From positions 1-40,393 of the IMG/VR virus record IMGVR_UViG_3300048856_000120: a DNA stretch of 40,393 bases; one strand, written 5' to 3'. Made by a program: the position numbers and the translations under genes. Positions 7,340 to 16,776 of this stretch are shown here, piece by piece (position 1 is the stretch's first letter; the number at the start of each line of letters is the position of its first letter). The notes under the pieces were generated by a model, which was not told where the DNA came from, made no database searches, and was given only the letters and a program-made list of their open reading frames with translations. The stretch comes from a virus. Lineage: Duplodnaviria; Caudoviricetes.

Positions 7340-10300
7340 TTAGCGTTTCCACCAAAGAGTGGTAAGCGTTCCGGTTGGTGTGCCGGAAACGTTCACAACT
7401 CCGGAAATCGACCCAAGTATGCATTGGAAGGTATTGTTTCCTACAACGTTTTGCCCGAAGGCGAAGCCGGAGTCGTTGATCGCTTCGGTATCGCCATCGC
7501 CAATGTTGTAGTTCTTGCTGAAAACAGTGACGCCCGTCGTAGTATTGATTATTCGAGCTTGAATCGTAGCGCCGTTTGGGGCCGTGTACGTACCGGCATA
7601 TTGAAATTGCAACATCGATCGGTTGGCGACCGGCAAGTTGATCGTGCGCGAAAGAGGATTCGGTTGCCCGCTCACCGTATCACTGCTTGTCACGGCATCA
7701 ATGCCAAGGTTCGACGTGCCAACGATCAAGGAACCGATCACAGCCGAACTGATATCCACCGCACCGAGTGTCGCCGACAGGGCCGATAGGGTGGTGACCC
7801 TGAGTTCGTCTGCGAACAGCACACCACCTGTGATTACGAACGGACGACGCTTATTGGGACCGTTGACGACATAGAATGAGTCCGCCGTGATCCCAACTTC
7901 GCTGAGTCCCCCTGCTATTGCACTGAGGAACAATGCGGCTTGGCTTGTAGGTCCGACCCCTGTTGCCGAGACGCTGATGCCAATAGTAGACAGTGCGCCT
8001 GCTTGAGTGGCGACTTGCTCCGACCGAAACAGACCATTGGCTGAAAATTTGCCGATAGAAACGGTGTTCGCATTGACGGTGTTCGTTACTGCCGTGAGTT
8101 CCCCGTCGATAATGCCGATCGTTACGGAATTTGTCTCCGTGATCTCGCCTATCGCAGCAAGACCGCTGACCGGGTCGTTAACTTGAGCGGACAGCTGTGA
8201 GACATGCACGACAAGAGCAGAGGTTTCGGTCGCTACGACCTTGAGCTCTTCCGTGAACCTCGCACTCGTGCTTCCAACCTCGGCAAGAAGTTCACGCTTG
8301 TCGAAAACGCTTTGTGCTCCGGTTTCGGCTGCGAGATGGTCCGCTTGCTCAAGAACGTCCCGTGCGTAGTGCGTGGCCTCTTCGATCCATTTCAGCTTCG
8401 CGTCAAGACGCTGCAGAACGCCGTCGACCATGCCGGGGAGATAGATGTCGTCGGCACCGAGCAGAACGTTCGGCGTGGTGACATCGATCAGACCAGACCA
8501 GGTGAAATTCTTGCCGATGTTGGAGACGAAAATGCCACGAACCAGATAATCCGTATTCGGCGCAAAGACGGCGACAAGCTTGGTCGAATACTGCTCGTCA
8601 AGCGGTGCGTCATAGGGCATCTCGCCGTCGAACCAGAGATTGCCGGTATCCTTCTGATAGACCTCTACGCGGATCCTGTCGACGCCATCCTGATCACCGG
8701 CATAGAAAACCTCGATCGTCTGTCGGCGCGGACCACTGCCGTCATCCAGAGTGGCCGGAAGTGCCTGCCATCCAAACATCGGGTGAGATGGATTGACGAT
8801 CGGGCCAACCGGACCGACGGAAACCGGCTGTTGCTCAGCCGTCGACCAGTCGTAATCGGATGGATCGATCTCCTTGAGCACCACAAGCTGATTAAAGCTG
8901 CGCTCACCGTCGATGCGGACCACAAGAAATTTCTTGTTCACATATCCATTACGGACAGATGACCAGGAGACAACGTCATTCGGCTCGAGCGTCCACGCAT
9001 CCGGTGGCAGATAGAACGAATGGACCCGGAAGCGCCTATCTTCCTCGATTAGCAGTTTCATCAGCCGCTGCACCTGGACAGGGAAAGGAACAGCTTCGAA
9101 GGTTACGCCCGAAGCGAGCCGACGGGTACCGTCCGCTGATTCCAGATCGGTCGAATAGCGCGCCGGCGCGTCCTTGGTCGCCCACTTCTCCAGTGGCTCC
9201 GGATAGGTGGCCTCAATCCCGTTATAGGTGGCGTCGAGACCCGGGAATGGCGTGTAGTTCTGGCCCTTGGTGACGAGGATATCATTGTCGCTGAAGGAAT
9301 AGACAGCGGCGCCCGGAGCACCAACCAATATCTTGAAGATACCGCCGACCTCGGCAATGCGGCCGTTGCAAGCCTTCTTCAATTTATCAATGACGTCGAG
9401 CGGCACCATATCGCAGTTGATTTCTGTACCGCAGCGGAACTGCTTTTCCGAACCGCCACCGGCAAGCGGGATTAGCCGGTCGCATTCATTGGCGGCAACC
9501 ATCCAATTGGAAGCAGGCAGGCGATACGCCGGTAGGTTCTGACCGCCATAGATCCATTCGGTACCGTAATAGACGCCGCGGATGATGTTGTAGATCAGAA
9601 TGACAGGATTGTCGGATGGCTCCCATGTTGCCGGGTTGTCCCACCGATGCGTACCTGACCCGCCATTGGTCGAATCCTTGCGGATATCGTACCAGCCGCT
9701 GACCGGCGGTTCACACAGATAAGTCGGCTGATTGGGGAATAAGTCCTGATCGAGTCTGGCGGTGGCTATGAAATACGGGCAGCCGCGCCCGATCATGGTT
9801 GACTTGTAAGGACGATCCGGGTCCGCGCTGAATTTGGTCAGCAGGAAGGCATCAGCCGTGGTTTGTGTGCCAGGGTAGTACTTGAACCAGAGATAGTCCT
9901 TGCCGTTCTTGCGGAACTCCTGAACCGGATAGCCCTGCTCTACGGGAGCTTCCCCCCAAAGGACAGTGACTTTCTGATCATCGACCCAGAACGCAGGAAC
10001 ACCAGGCGCAGGGATATTGCCGACCTCGATGACATCGGTCAGGTAGGCATTCGGTGTCTTGCCGTCCTTGCCCCATGCCCCGATATACTTCCGCTTGCCG
10101 GATGTCGCGGTTGTTCCGGCCGTGAACGACATCGGCTTGTCGTCGCCCATCTGCACCGTGAGCTTGACGCCCGCAGTTTGCGTCGGCTGCTGTTCGCCAA
10201 AGAGCGCCTGGGAAAGCAGGGAGACGCCGTAAGCTATACCGGCGCCAATCAGGTAGGTAACAACAGCCCCTGCCGTCGTGGCGGCAAATGCCGCGCCAAA

Positions 10301-10390
10301 CAAAGCAATCGTGATCGGTTCCGCGTGGGCAAGCGAGAGCGCCGCCAGCATGAACCACGATGCGGTCACCAAAATACCAATGCTTTTCAT
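7340..10390 (-). CDS. Tail tip / host-specificity protein (gpJ-like)
   Basis: 1016 aa, YDIRKDSTNGGSG..WEPSDNP motif, DUF1983-like C-terminal region, canonical position. Confidence 0.85.
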   Translation of the reverse strand: MKSIGILVTASWFMLAALSLAHAEPITIALFGAAFAATTAGAVVTYLIGAGIAYGVSLLSQALFGEQQPTQTAGVKLTVQMGDDKPMSFTAGTTATSGKRKYIGAWGKDGKTPNAYLTDVIEVGNIPAPGVPAFWVDDQKVTVLWGEAPVEQGYPVQEFRKNGKDYLWFKYYPGTQTTADAFLLTKFSADPDRPYKSTMIGRGCPYFIATARLDQDLFPNQPTYLCEPPVSGWYDIRKDSTNGGSGTHRWDNPATWEPSDNPVILIYNIIRGVYYGTEWIYGGQNLPAYRLPASNWMVAANECDRLIPLAGGGSEKQFRCGTEINCDMVPLDVIDKLKKACNGRIAEVGGIFKILVGAPGAAVYSFSDNDILVTKGQNYTPFPGLDATYNGIEATYPEPLEKWATKDAPARYSTDLESADGTRRLASGVTFEAVPFPVQVQRLMKLLIEEDRRFRVHSFYLPPDAWTLEPNDVVSWSSVRNGYVNKKFLVVRIDGERSFNQLVVLKEIDPSDYDWSTAEQQPVSVGPVGPIVNPSHPMFGWQALPATLDDGSGPRRQTIEVFYAGDQDGVDRIRVEVYQKDTGNLWFDGEMPYDAPLDEQYSTKLVAVFAPNTDYLVRGIFVSNIGKNFTWSGLIDVTTPNVLLGADDIYLPGMVDGVLQRLDAKLKWIEEATHYARDVLEQADHLAAETGAQSVFDKRELLAEVGSTSARFTEELKVVATETSALVVHVSQLSAQVNDPVSGLAAIGEITETNSVTIGIIDGELTAVTNTVNANTVSIGKFSANGLFRSEQVATQAGALSTIGISVSATGVGPTSQAALFLSAIAGGLSEVGITADSFYVVNGPNKRRPFVITGGVLFADELRVTTLSALSATLGAVDISSAVIGSLIVGTSNLGIDAVTSSDTVSGQPNPLSRTINLPVANRSMLQFQYAGTYTAPNGATIQARIINTTTGVTVFSKNYNIGDGDTEAINDSGFAFGQNVVGNNTFQCILGSISGVVNVSGTPTGTLTTLWWKR

Positions 10391-10818
10391 TATCCGACCT
10401 TGAAGGCTCTCTTGGCTTTGAGCAGATCCATCGTTCCGACACCTTCCGGGCGAAGCACGAACACGCGCTCGCCATTGACGACGCCGAGCGCATAGCCGAA
10501 GGGGCTGTCCATCTCATAGGCGACGATGTCGCCGAGGCTGGCTTGCGACGGGTGAATTTCGGGCAGGAATGACGCAACGAGATCGGCCAGGTTGTCGAAC
10601 CCTGCGCTTTTCATGACCTTGAGCGCGCCCTTGGCCGTCTTGTAGCGCCCCTGAAACTTGACGGTCAGGTCCTCACCAGTGATGGCATAGACCATGCGAC
10701 CGGCGAGACCGGGACCGCAATCATGCTGTTCGGCCCAATCGAATGGAACGAACTTGATCTCATCAATGGCGGCTTCAAATCGCGAACGCCAGTTCGGCAG
10801 ACGGGTCAGTTCAATCAC
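10390..10818 (-). CDS. NlpC/P60-like tail tip protein
   Basis: RLPNWRSRF..PFDWAEQHDC..ASLGDIV pattern; GTG start at 10818 overlapping the upstream stop. Confidence 0.75.
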   Translation of the reverse strand: MIELTRLPNWRSRFEAAIDEIKFVPFDWAEQHDCGPGLAGRMVYAITGEDLTVKFQGRYKTAKGALKVMKSAGFDNLADLVASFLPEIHPSQASLGDIVAYEMDSPFGYALGVVNGERVFVLRPEGVGTMDLLKAKRAFKVG

Positions 10819-11437
10819 GCTTTTGCCCCCAAGGTACGTTCCACGATGACAGAGTGCTCGAATAGAGGCCCCACTCGTCACCGCCCCGGCGCTTCTGCCC
10901 CTCATAGGAACTCTTGCTCGGGTTGGTTCGGGTCAACATGCTGATCGCGTCCGAGTTCAATTCGATCTTGATCGATCCTTCTTCACCAACAGCCGGCGTT
11001 TCAATCGGATTGCCGTTGACCTCGCCCATGAAGACAACTTCAGGATTTGCTGAAGGCAGCTTCGTGAGCGGATCAAGGGTGACTTCGTAAACGTCGGCCT
11101 TGGCAAGGCGCAGATCGTATTCCCGCGCGATTTCCTGAACTGCTATGGCGATCTGGGAAAGGTCAACCTCCACCGTTTGAATGGTAAGGTCTGATACCCT
11201 CGGGATCGAGCCAATATCGAGGTTCACGCCACCAATGAAATCGCGATTGACGATTATGCCGGTGTTGCGATCCGGAACGCCAAAGGTAACGGTATCGTCG
11301 CCAGTCCAGAAACCCCGGAGAAACGGCAGACCGGTAGATCGCTCGATCGCCTCGACCAAGAGCAATTGACGTGGCACCAAGCCATTGTCGCGGGCGGCCG
11401 CAAGGGCTGCGGCCATTTCAGCGCTGATGTCTTTCAT
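10811..11437 (-). CDS. Minor tail / hub protein
   Basis: 208 aa, positioned between Dit-like and NlpC genes, translationally coupled. Confidence 0.7.
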   Translation of the reverse strand: MKDISAEMAAALAAARDNGLVPRQLLLVEAIERSTGLPFLRGFWTGDDTVTFGVPDRNTGIIVNRDFIGGVNLDIGSIPRVSDLTIQTVEVDLSQIAIAVQEIAREYDLRLAKADVYEVTLDPLTKLPSANPEVVFMGEVNGNPIETPAVGEEGSIKIELNSDAISMLTRTNPSKSSYEGQKRRGGDEWGLYSSTLSSWNVPWGQKRD

Positions 11438-12093
11438 TATCGTTTTTCGATCACTTTGAAACCGGCACCCGAGGTCAGGAGCCCTGCCCCCGATCCTGGG
11501 TTCGATGTGCCGGGCGAGATGAAAACCTTGCAGGCGGGCTTCGCCAGCGTCACCACATCATTTATGGCTACGCCAGTCGGAGCATTTGGAAACACCTCAA
11601 AGGAAGGCGTTACACCGGCGCCGCTTGCCGTGACGAGATCATCCGACACTTCCAGGAAGGCATTTCGGATAGGTGACGTTGCATAGGCGATCTGAAGTTT
11701 GTCAGCGAGGGTCAGGACATATCCTGGCGGTAATCCCTTCAGGCTTATCGTGCGCCCACCCGTACTTATGCCGTTGATCCGCACCGCCGCTGCGCCAAGG
11801 ATCGAACCATCGGGATCGGCTTGCGGGTATTTCGACAGCGGATCGAACAGGAAGAACAGTTCCTGCGCGCCATGCAGTTTGCGAACACGCGCCGCTATCT
11901 TCTTCAAATCGTTGCTGTCGCCGATGTTCAGTTTAACGTCGCCGGTCCACAGCGGTGGCGCGAGCTCGGCCTGCCAGACCCGACCGTCTCCGGTACCGGA
12001 CAATTCGTCACTGCGCTGGATGTCCCATGTCACCGACTCTATATCGAGCCGGTCTGCGAGCATGGCGAGAGTGTAGGGATAGGTGATTGCCAT
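11437..12093 (-). CDS. Distal tail protein (Dit-like)
   Basis: Follows the tape measure; SGTGDGRVWQAELAPPLW motif. Confidence 0.7.
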   Translation of the reverse strand: MAITYPYTLAMLADRLDIESVTWDIQRSDELSGTGDGRVWQAELAPPLWTGDVKLNIGDSNDLKKIAARVRKLHGAQELFFLFDPLSKYPQADPDGSILGAAAVRINGISTGGRTISLKGLPPGYVLTLADKLQIAYATSPIRNAFLEVSDDLVTASGAGVTPSFEVFPNAPTGVAINDVVTLAKPACKVFISPGTSNPGSGAGLLTSGAGFKVIEKR

Positions 12094-12096
12094 GTC

Positions 12097-14313
12097 CTAT
12101 CCCCTCTTTCTCGGTGCCATTTTGATTTCATTCAGCCGATCCGGTAGTTCCCGCTTACTGAATGTCCTGACGCGGGCGTCCGCCTGTTGAGCGCCTGCCT
12201 CCGATCCGGCCTGCTTGGCGATGACAGCCAGCTTGCCGTCATCATCGACAGAGACACGGATATCGAGCGGCATAGGCGCATTATTGTTGGCGCCACCATT
12301 GGAAGAGACACCCAACCGTCCGGAACTATCACGCTGGAGCGGCATGATCGCCTCCGGGCCCGCCTCGCCCATCATTCCGGTACCCTTGGCGAACCGGAAC
12401 TTGGTTGGGCTTGAAACTACTGAATTGGTGAAGGCTCCGCCGTTGGCGAAACGTTGAACACCGCCGACGAATGCGCCACCGTTTGCCATGCGAAGGCCAG
12501 CCCATGGGTCAGATGCCGCAGATGCCCCGCCGCCGAATATCTTGCTGAAGATACTCATGATGCCGCCGCCGATCCCGCCGAGGCTTCCACCCGCCTTGTT
12601 GACACTGAACAGAGCGTTGACGAGATCATCCTGGAGCTTGTCGACAACCTTATCGATGACGTTCATCGCCGCATTGCCGAACGACTTGAAGAAGCCCTCT
12701 CCGCTTTGCAGACCAGACCGGAGATCGGAGAGAAAGCCGCCCGTCGCGTCTTTGGCGAAGTCGAGCGCTTCCTTGGCCTTCTTGGTGGCAGCCTCGATCG
12801 AAGCCATCTCACCGGCAAGTCCGGAGAGCTCGACCTTTTGCGAGGCAGTCAGGGTGATACCCTTCTGCTGTGCCTGGTTGAGCAGGTCTGTCTCGTAGCG
12901 CAGCTTTGCCGCGGCTTCCTCGGTAAGGCCAATGGCAGCTTGTTCGGCCTTCAGCGAGGCGATACGGCGTTCGGCACCTTTGACAATGTCGTCGTACTTC
13001 TCGGCCTCTGTCTTGCCGCCCTTCTTTTTCTTCGACTTGTCATCGACGGACAGCAGATCCTTTGCCATCTCCTTGAGCTTGGCAGATGCCGCCGACGCTC
13101 CCTTGGCAATCGCCGAACCGAAGTTGCCGACATAGTCCGTGCCTTGTGCCGACTTGATCGCATCAGCGATACCAGCATCAACCGAGTTTGCGGCACCGGA
13201 ATAGGGATTGTCGACACCGCCAAATTTCACCTCGTCAATCCCGGTGAACTTACCGATATCGACACCGACCTTGCTGGCGAACCCGGAGATACTGTTGTAG
13301 GCGCCACCAATGTAGTCATTCATCAACTTGATGACGCCATTGATCATCGATTCAACGCCTTTGATCGTGGCGTTGACAGTCTGGTAGACGATATCGCCGA
13401 TGGCAGACGGCAACTGTTTCCACGTCGCTTTGATGCCCTGATAGGCGCCGACGAAAGTTGCGATGAGCGCGTTCACGCCGTCTTTCGCAGACTCCACGAT
13501 ATCGAAGCCGAATATATGGGCAAGTTCGTCACGGAAGATGTTCGCAGCGGCAACGGCAGCGGTGATGCCGAGGATGAAGGCAAGGCCGGGGTTGGCAGCG
13601 GCCATGGCGCCGGCAGCGATGACGGCAGCAACAGCGACGCGGCCAAGCAAGGCGATGACCTGAACGATACCGCCGATGATCGCAGGCGCATAGAGCAAGG
13701 CAAGCGCCGCAGCGGCACCGATCGCGTAAGGCGCAATGACCTGAAGGGAGTCGGCAAGCCCGACGAGAGCAGCGGCCCCGAGCTTTGTCCAGTTGACGAG
13801 CTGCAGACCCGCAGCAACAGCAGCGACCAATCCAATGGTAGCAAGGCTGACCGGAGAGATAATCGAGAGGAAGGCCGAGCCGAGGTTCTTCAACGCTCCT
13901 GCCGCGCCCATCGGACCGAGCACGGCACCGATCTGGGTACCCTGTTGCAACGCGATCTGAAGCGGGTTCATCGACATAGCAGCGGAGACGCCGATATCCT
14001 GAAACTGTGCCGCAAGGTTTGCAACGTTGTGGTTCGCACCGACAAGCTGGCGACCGCTTGCGCTTACCGCAGTAGCATGGGCCTTCATCGCTCCTGATGC
14101 GCGCGCTGCCGCGGCAGCTTCGGCATTGAGAGCCGTGGCGTGGGCGTTGGCAGCCTGAGACGCCATGGCACCGGCTCGGCTCGAAACTGGGCCTATGGCC
14201 CCGGTAGCGGCTTCGGCACGCTTGGCAGCACCAGTCAGCCGATCGAGGGCCTTTGCAGTTTGATCGACGCCGGATGCTTTGGCTTCAACCCCGAGTGATG
14301 CAATATCTGGCAT
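12097..14313 (-). CDS. Tail tape measure protein
   Basis: Start MPDIASLG (14313); AAQFQDI..LQQGTQI lambda-type motif, Ala/Gly-rich, C-terminal MGEAGPEAIMPL. Confidence 0.93.
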   Translation of the reverse strand: MPDIASLGVEAKASGVDQTAKALDRLTGAAKRAEAATGAIGPVSSRAGAMASQAANAHATALNAEAAAAARASGAMKAHATAVSASGRQLVGANHNVANLAAQFQDIGVSAAMSMNPLQIALQQGTQIGAVLGPMGAAGALKNLGSAFLSIISPVSLATIGLVAAVAAGLQLVNWTKLGAAALVGLADSLQVIAPYAIGAAAALALLYAPAIIGGIVQVIALLGRVAVAAVIAAGAMAAANPGLAFILGITAAVAAANIFRDELAHIFGFDIVESAKDGVNALIATFVGAYQGIKATWKQLPSAIGDIVYQTVNATIKGVESMINGVIKLMNDYIGGAYNSISGFASKVGVDIGKFTGIDEVKFGGVDNPYSGAANSVDAGIADAIKSAQGTDYVGNFGSAIAKGASAASAKLKEMAKDLLSVDDKSKKKKGGKTEAEKYDDIVKGAERRIASLKAEQAAIGLTEEAAAKLRYETDLLNQAQQKGITLTASQKVELSGLAGEMASIEAATKKAKEALDFAKDATGGFLSDLRSGLQSGEGFFKSFGNAAMNVIDKVVDKLQDDLVNALFSVNKAGGSLGGIGGGIMSIFSKIFGGGASAASDPWAGLRMANGGAFVGGVQRFANGGAFTNSVVSSPTKFRFAKGTGMMGEAGPEAIMPLQRDSSGRLGVSSNGGANNNAPMPLDIRVSVDDDGKLAVIAKQAGSEAGAQQADARVRTFSKRELPDRLNEIKMAPRKRG

Positions 14314-14315
14314 GA

Positions 14316-14636
14316 CTATCCTTTTTTGCGTTCCACGACGCGCCGGTTCGATGCCGCGCCCCTGATCCGGAGCTTGGCTTCCTGTACATCCGCCGGTGTC
14401 GCCTGGCTTTGGCTCGGCTCGTGCTTGCCGGTCTTGTTGATGACCGCAAGGACCGCCTGATCCATGCGGCGGATTACGGATAATTCCCATGGATCGATGA
14501 GAGCGCCGGTCATCCGGCAGAACGCCTCGACCTCGAGAAAGCTGATCGGGTTGGCGCTGAAGCCGGTTTCGCGGGAATTGTGCAGTTGAACGAACCAGTC
14601 CCAGATATAATCGGTATATTCCGGAGCTTCCGGCAT
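14316..14636 (-). CDS. Tail assembly chaperone, C-terminal (gpT-like) part
   Basis: YIWDWFVQLHNSR..NPISFLEVEAF..PWELSVIRRMD motif; frame stays open upstream into the gpG gene. Confidence 0.8.
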   Translation of the reverse strand: MPEAPEYTDYIWDWFVQLHNSRETGFSANPISFLEVEAFCRMTGALIDPWELSVIRRMDQAVLAVINKTGKHEPSQSQATPADVQEAKLRIRGAASNRRVVERKKG

Positions 14637-14683
14637 CGGATCGTTCTTGCGGCGCGGGGTGAAGTGCGCCCTCGCGAAGCCGA

Positions 14684-15100
14684 TCAGCTCTTCAGCGAGG
14701 GCTTCACGAAATGCGCGTCTTCATCCGCGGCTTTGTCGATCTGTTCGGAGATAAAGAAGTAATCCGGGTTGGAAATGACCTTCAACACGCTTTCCGGCGT
14801 GCATTCGACCGGCTTGCCACCGTTCGTCAGGTTCCATGAGATCACCGAAGCAGCCACGATCTCGTTGGTTTTCTCTTCGATCTCTTCGACCGTGCCGACC
14901 TTCTTGGGGTTTTTCTTCCCCTCGCGAATGGCGGCATTGGCAAGGCGGCGCTGAACGCGCTTCACCCGTTCCGAACGATAGGATGCTACCTTGATCACAA
15001 GGCCCGTCTTTTCGCCCGTAGATGGATGCAGGATGTCTAGGTCAAAGCCTTCTTCAAGTTTTGCGGCAATACCGTCGAACTGCGCCAGTTCAAATGTCAT
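14684..15100 (-). CDS. Tail assembly chaperone (gpG-like)
   Basis: Start MTFELAQ with GGAG RBS; ILHPSTGEKTGLVI..VISWNL; lies between tube and tape measure. Confidence 0.8.
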   Translation of the reverse strand: MTFELAQFDGIAAKLEEGFDLDILHPSTGEKTGLVIKVASYRSERVKRVQRRLANAAIREGKKNPKKVGTVEEIEEKTNEIVAASVISWNLTNGGKPVECTPESVLKVISNPDYFFISEQIDKAADEDAHFVKPSLKS

Positions 15101-15152
15101 GTGGAGTACTCCAGGGGAGAGGATGGCCGGCTGTAAAACCGGCCGTTGAAGC

Positions 15153-15644
15153 TTACGGGAGGAGAGCGGTATCAACGGTCAGGATCGGCGTCGAAATGCC
15201 GACATTGAAGGTCCGGCGAAGCACATTGTCGCCCGTCCCGATGTTCTTTCGGGCCGACATGACCAGACCGCGGAAGTAGTCCACGCTGTTCTCGTAGAGT
15301 TCGCTTGGTGCGTCCTCGTATTCGATCTTGAAGTTATAATTGAACTTCGTTTTTTCAGCCGCCCGCATGGCGATCTGGCCCGGATCAAGCGGATCATCGC
15401 CAACGACCATGGCAATGGTACCGGCATCGCGAGCACCCTTGAGGTGACGGACGCGACCATCGCCAAGAGACTGGAACGTCACATCGGCAGACTCGTCGCC
15501 GACCTCGCCACCATCCTCGACTTCCTTGATCTCGACCCAGGTCAAGGCCTCGAATGCCGCGATAGCGCCTGCATCCGTGGTGTAGTCAATAGCGGTTGTC
15601 CCGCCGATATAATATTTCGCACCTGTTGCCGTGGTGATGGCCAT
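15153..15644 (-). CDS. Major tail tube protein
   Basis: WVEIKEVEDGGEVGD..HLKGARDAGT..DPGQ motif. Confidence 0.87.
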   Translation of the reverse strand: MAITTATGAKYYIGGTTAIDYTTDAGAIAAFEALTWVEIKEVEDGGEVGDESADVTFQSLGDGRVRHLKGARDAGTIAMVVGDDPLDPGQIAMRAAEKTKFNYNFKIEYEDAPSELYENSVDYFRGLVMSARKNIGTGDNVLRRTFNVGISTPILTVDTALLP

Positions 15645-15706
15645 GGGTTTTTCCTTTCACGATGAAAACCCCGGATCGGGGCGGGTTAGACCGGAGTGTC
15701 CGGGTT

Positions 15707-16123
15707 TCAGTTGAAGCTGCGATAAAGAATGGTGACGGGCACGCTGATCTTGTCAGTTTCAATCATCGGAGCGCCGACAGAGGGCTTCGTGTAGACCTTC
15801 ACCTTGACACCCGAGCCGTGGAGGATTGTTCCCTTGGCGAAATGGGTGGCGACTAGCCCCGCGGTATTCGTTGGCTTGATGACGCCCTGCCCCACTGGAT
15901 AGATCGCCATGACCTGCAGAATACCCTGATGCCTGGCAGTGGCGTCATTGGCGAGCCCGAGGTTATCGGTCCGGTTCGGAATGAAATCGGCGCGAAGGTA
16001 AGCACCAGTCGGAGGTGTGAATGCCAAACCGGGATAGGCCACGGGCAAAACCGGCGATACCACCAATGAGGTAAGCCTGGTGAACAGCAGCTCGGCGATT
16101 GTGGCTTCAACAGTTGCGGCCAT
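15707..16123 (-). CDS. Tail terminator-like protein (DUF4128-like)
   Basis: VAYPGLAFTPP..GILQV..HFAKGT pattern, immediately upstream of the tube gene. Confidence 0.8.
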   Translation of the reverse strand: MAATVEATIAELLFTRLTSLVVSPVLPVAYPGLAFTPPTGAYLRADFIPNRTDNLGLANDATARHQGILQVMAIYPVGQGVIKPTNTAGLVATHFAKGTILHGSGVKVKVYTKPSVGAPMIETDKISVPVTILYRSFN

Positions 16124-16142
16124 CGTGATAGTCCTTCCGGCA

Positions 16143-16352
16143 ATGGCCGATAAACTCAGTGACGATCAAGCCTATGAAAGGCTGCACACTGCCCTTCTCT
16201 CGCTCGGCAAGGAGGAAGGCCAAACCGTTCGCGGCGATACGAGCCTGAAGGCTGCCAAGCGGGCGTTAGCCCTGCTTCAGATGGGTTTGCTGAAAGCAAT
16301 GGATGAGAGCAGCGACAAAAACGTTGCGATCAAAGACCCAAGCGACGTTTGA
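16143..16352 (+). CDS. Small antisense moron protein (69 aa)
   Basis: MADKLSDDQAYERLHTALLSLG..; fills the gap between two tail genes and reads as helical protein. Confidence 0.55.
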   Translation: MADKLSDDQAYERLHTALLSLGKEEGQTVRGDTSLKAAKRALALLQMGLLKAMDESSDKNVAIKDPSDV

Positions 16353-16776
16353 GCTCGTTCGCCTTCGCTTCCACGATACTGTCCCAACGCTGCACGGCTG
16401 ATCGGACAAAGGCGTCCGGTGCCTGACCATTCGAGCCATATTCCCGATGTACGGCATAGGCAGCCGTATACCCGAAGTAGAGCGTGTCATTGACATCAGC
16501 GCCAAGGATGACCGCTTCGATTTGACCTTCATCATAGGAATAGGCCTTACCGCCTGTGGGTACTTTCCCGGAGGAGATCGACGGCATCGATGCAGTCGAG
16601 GCCATCAGTGATGCCCTGAGAAACCCGGTATTAACCCGCATCCGCCCGCCTGCGGCAACCGGCGTTTGCATTTCGGATACAACCTCTTGCACCGCTTCCT
16701 TGAAAATCGCTTCAACCGCGCCCGGGATCTTCTCGGCGAATGCTGCAACTTGGGCACTGAACGATAGCTTGGCCAT
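16330..16776 (-). CDS. HK97 gp10-like tail completion protein
   Basis: Start MAKLSF; RVNTGFLRAS..YAVHREYG..QAPDAFVR motif. Confidence 0.85.
   Translation of the reverse strand: MAKLSFSAQVAAFAEKIPGAVEAIFKEAVQEVVSEMQTPVAAGGRMRVNTGFLRASLMASTASMPSISSGKVPTGGKAYSYDEGQIEAVILGADVNDTLYFGYTAAYAVHREYGSNGQAPDAFVRSAVQRWDSIVEAKANELKRRLGL

Noticed and set aside
5061-10390. Diversity-generating retroelement or invertible tail-fibre cassette
   Set aside because: No reverse transcriptase, invertase, TR/VR pair or flanking inverted repeats seen.
12454-14097. 547-aa plus-strand ORF
   Set aside because: Antisense shadow of the GC-rich tape measure gene; no RBS or motif.
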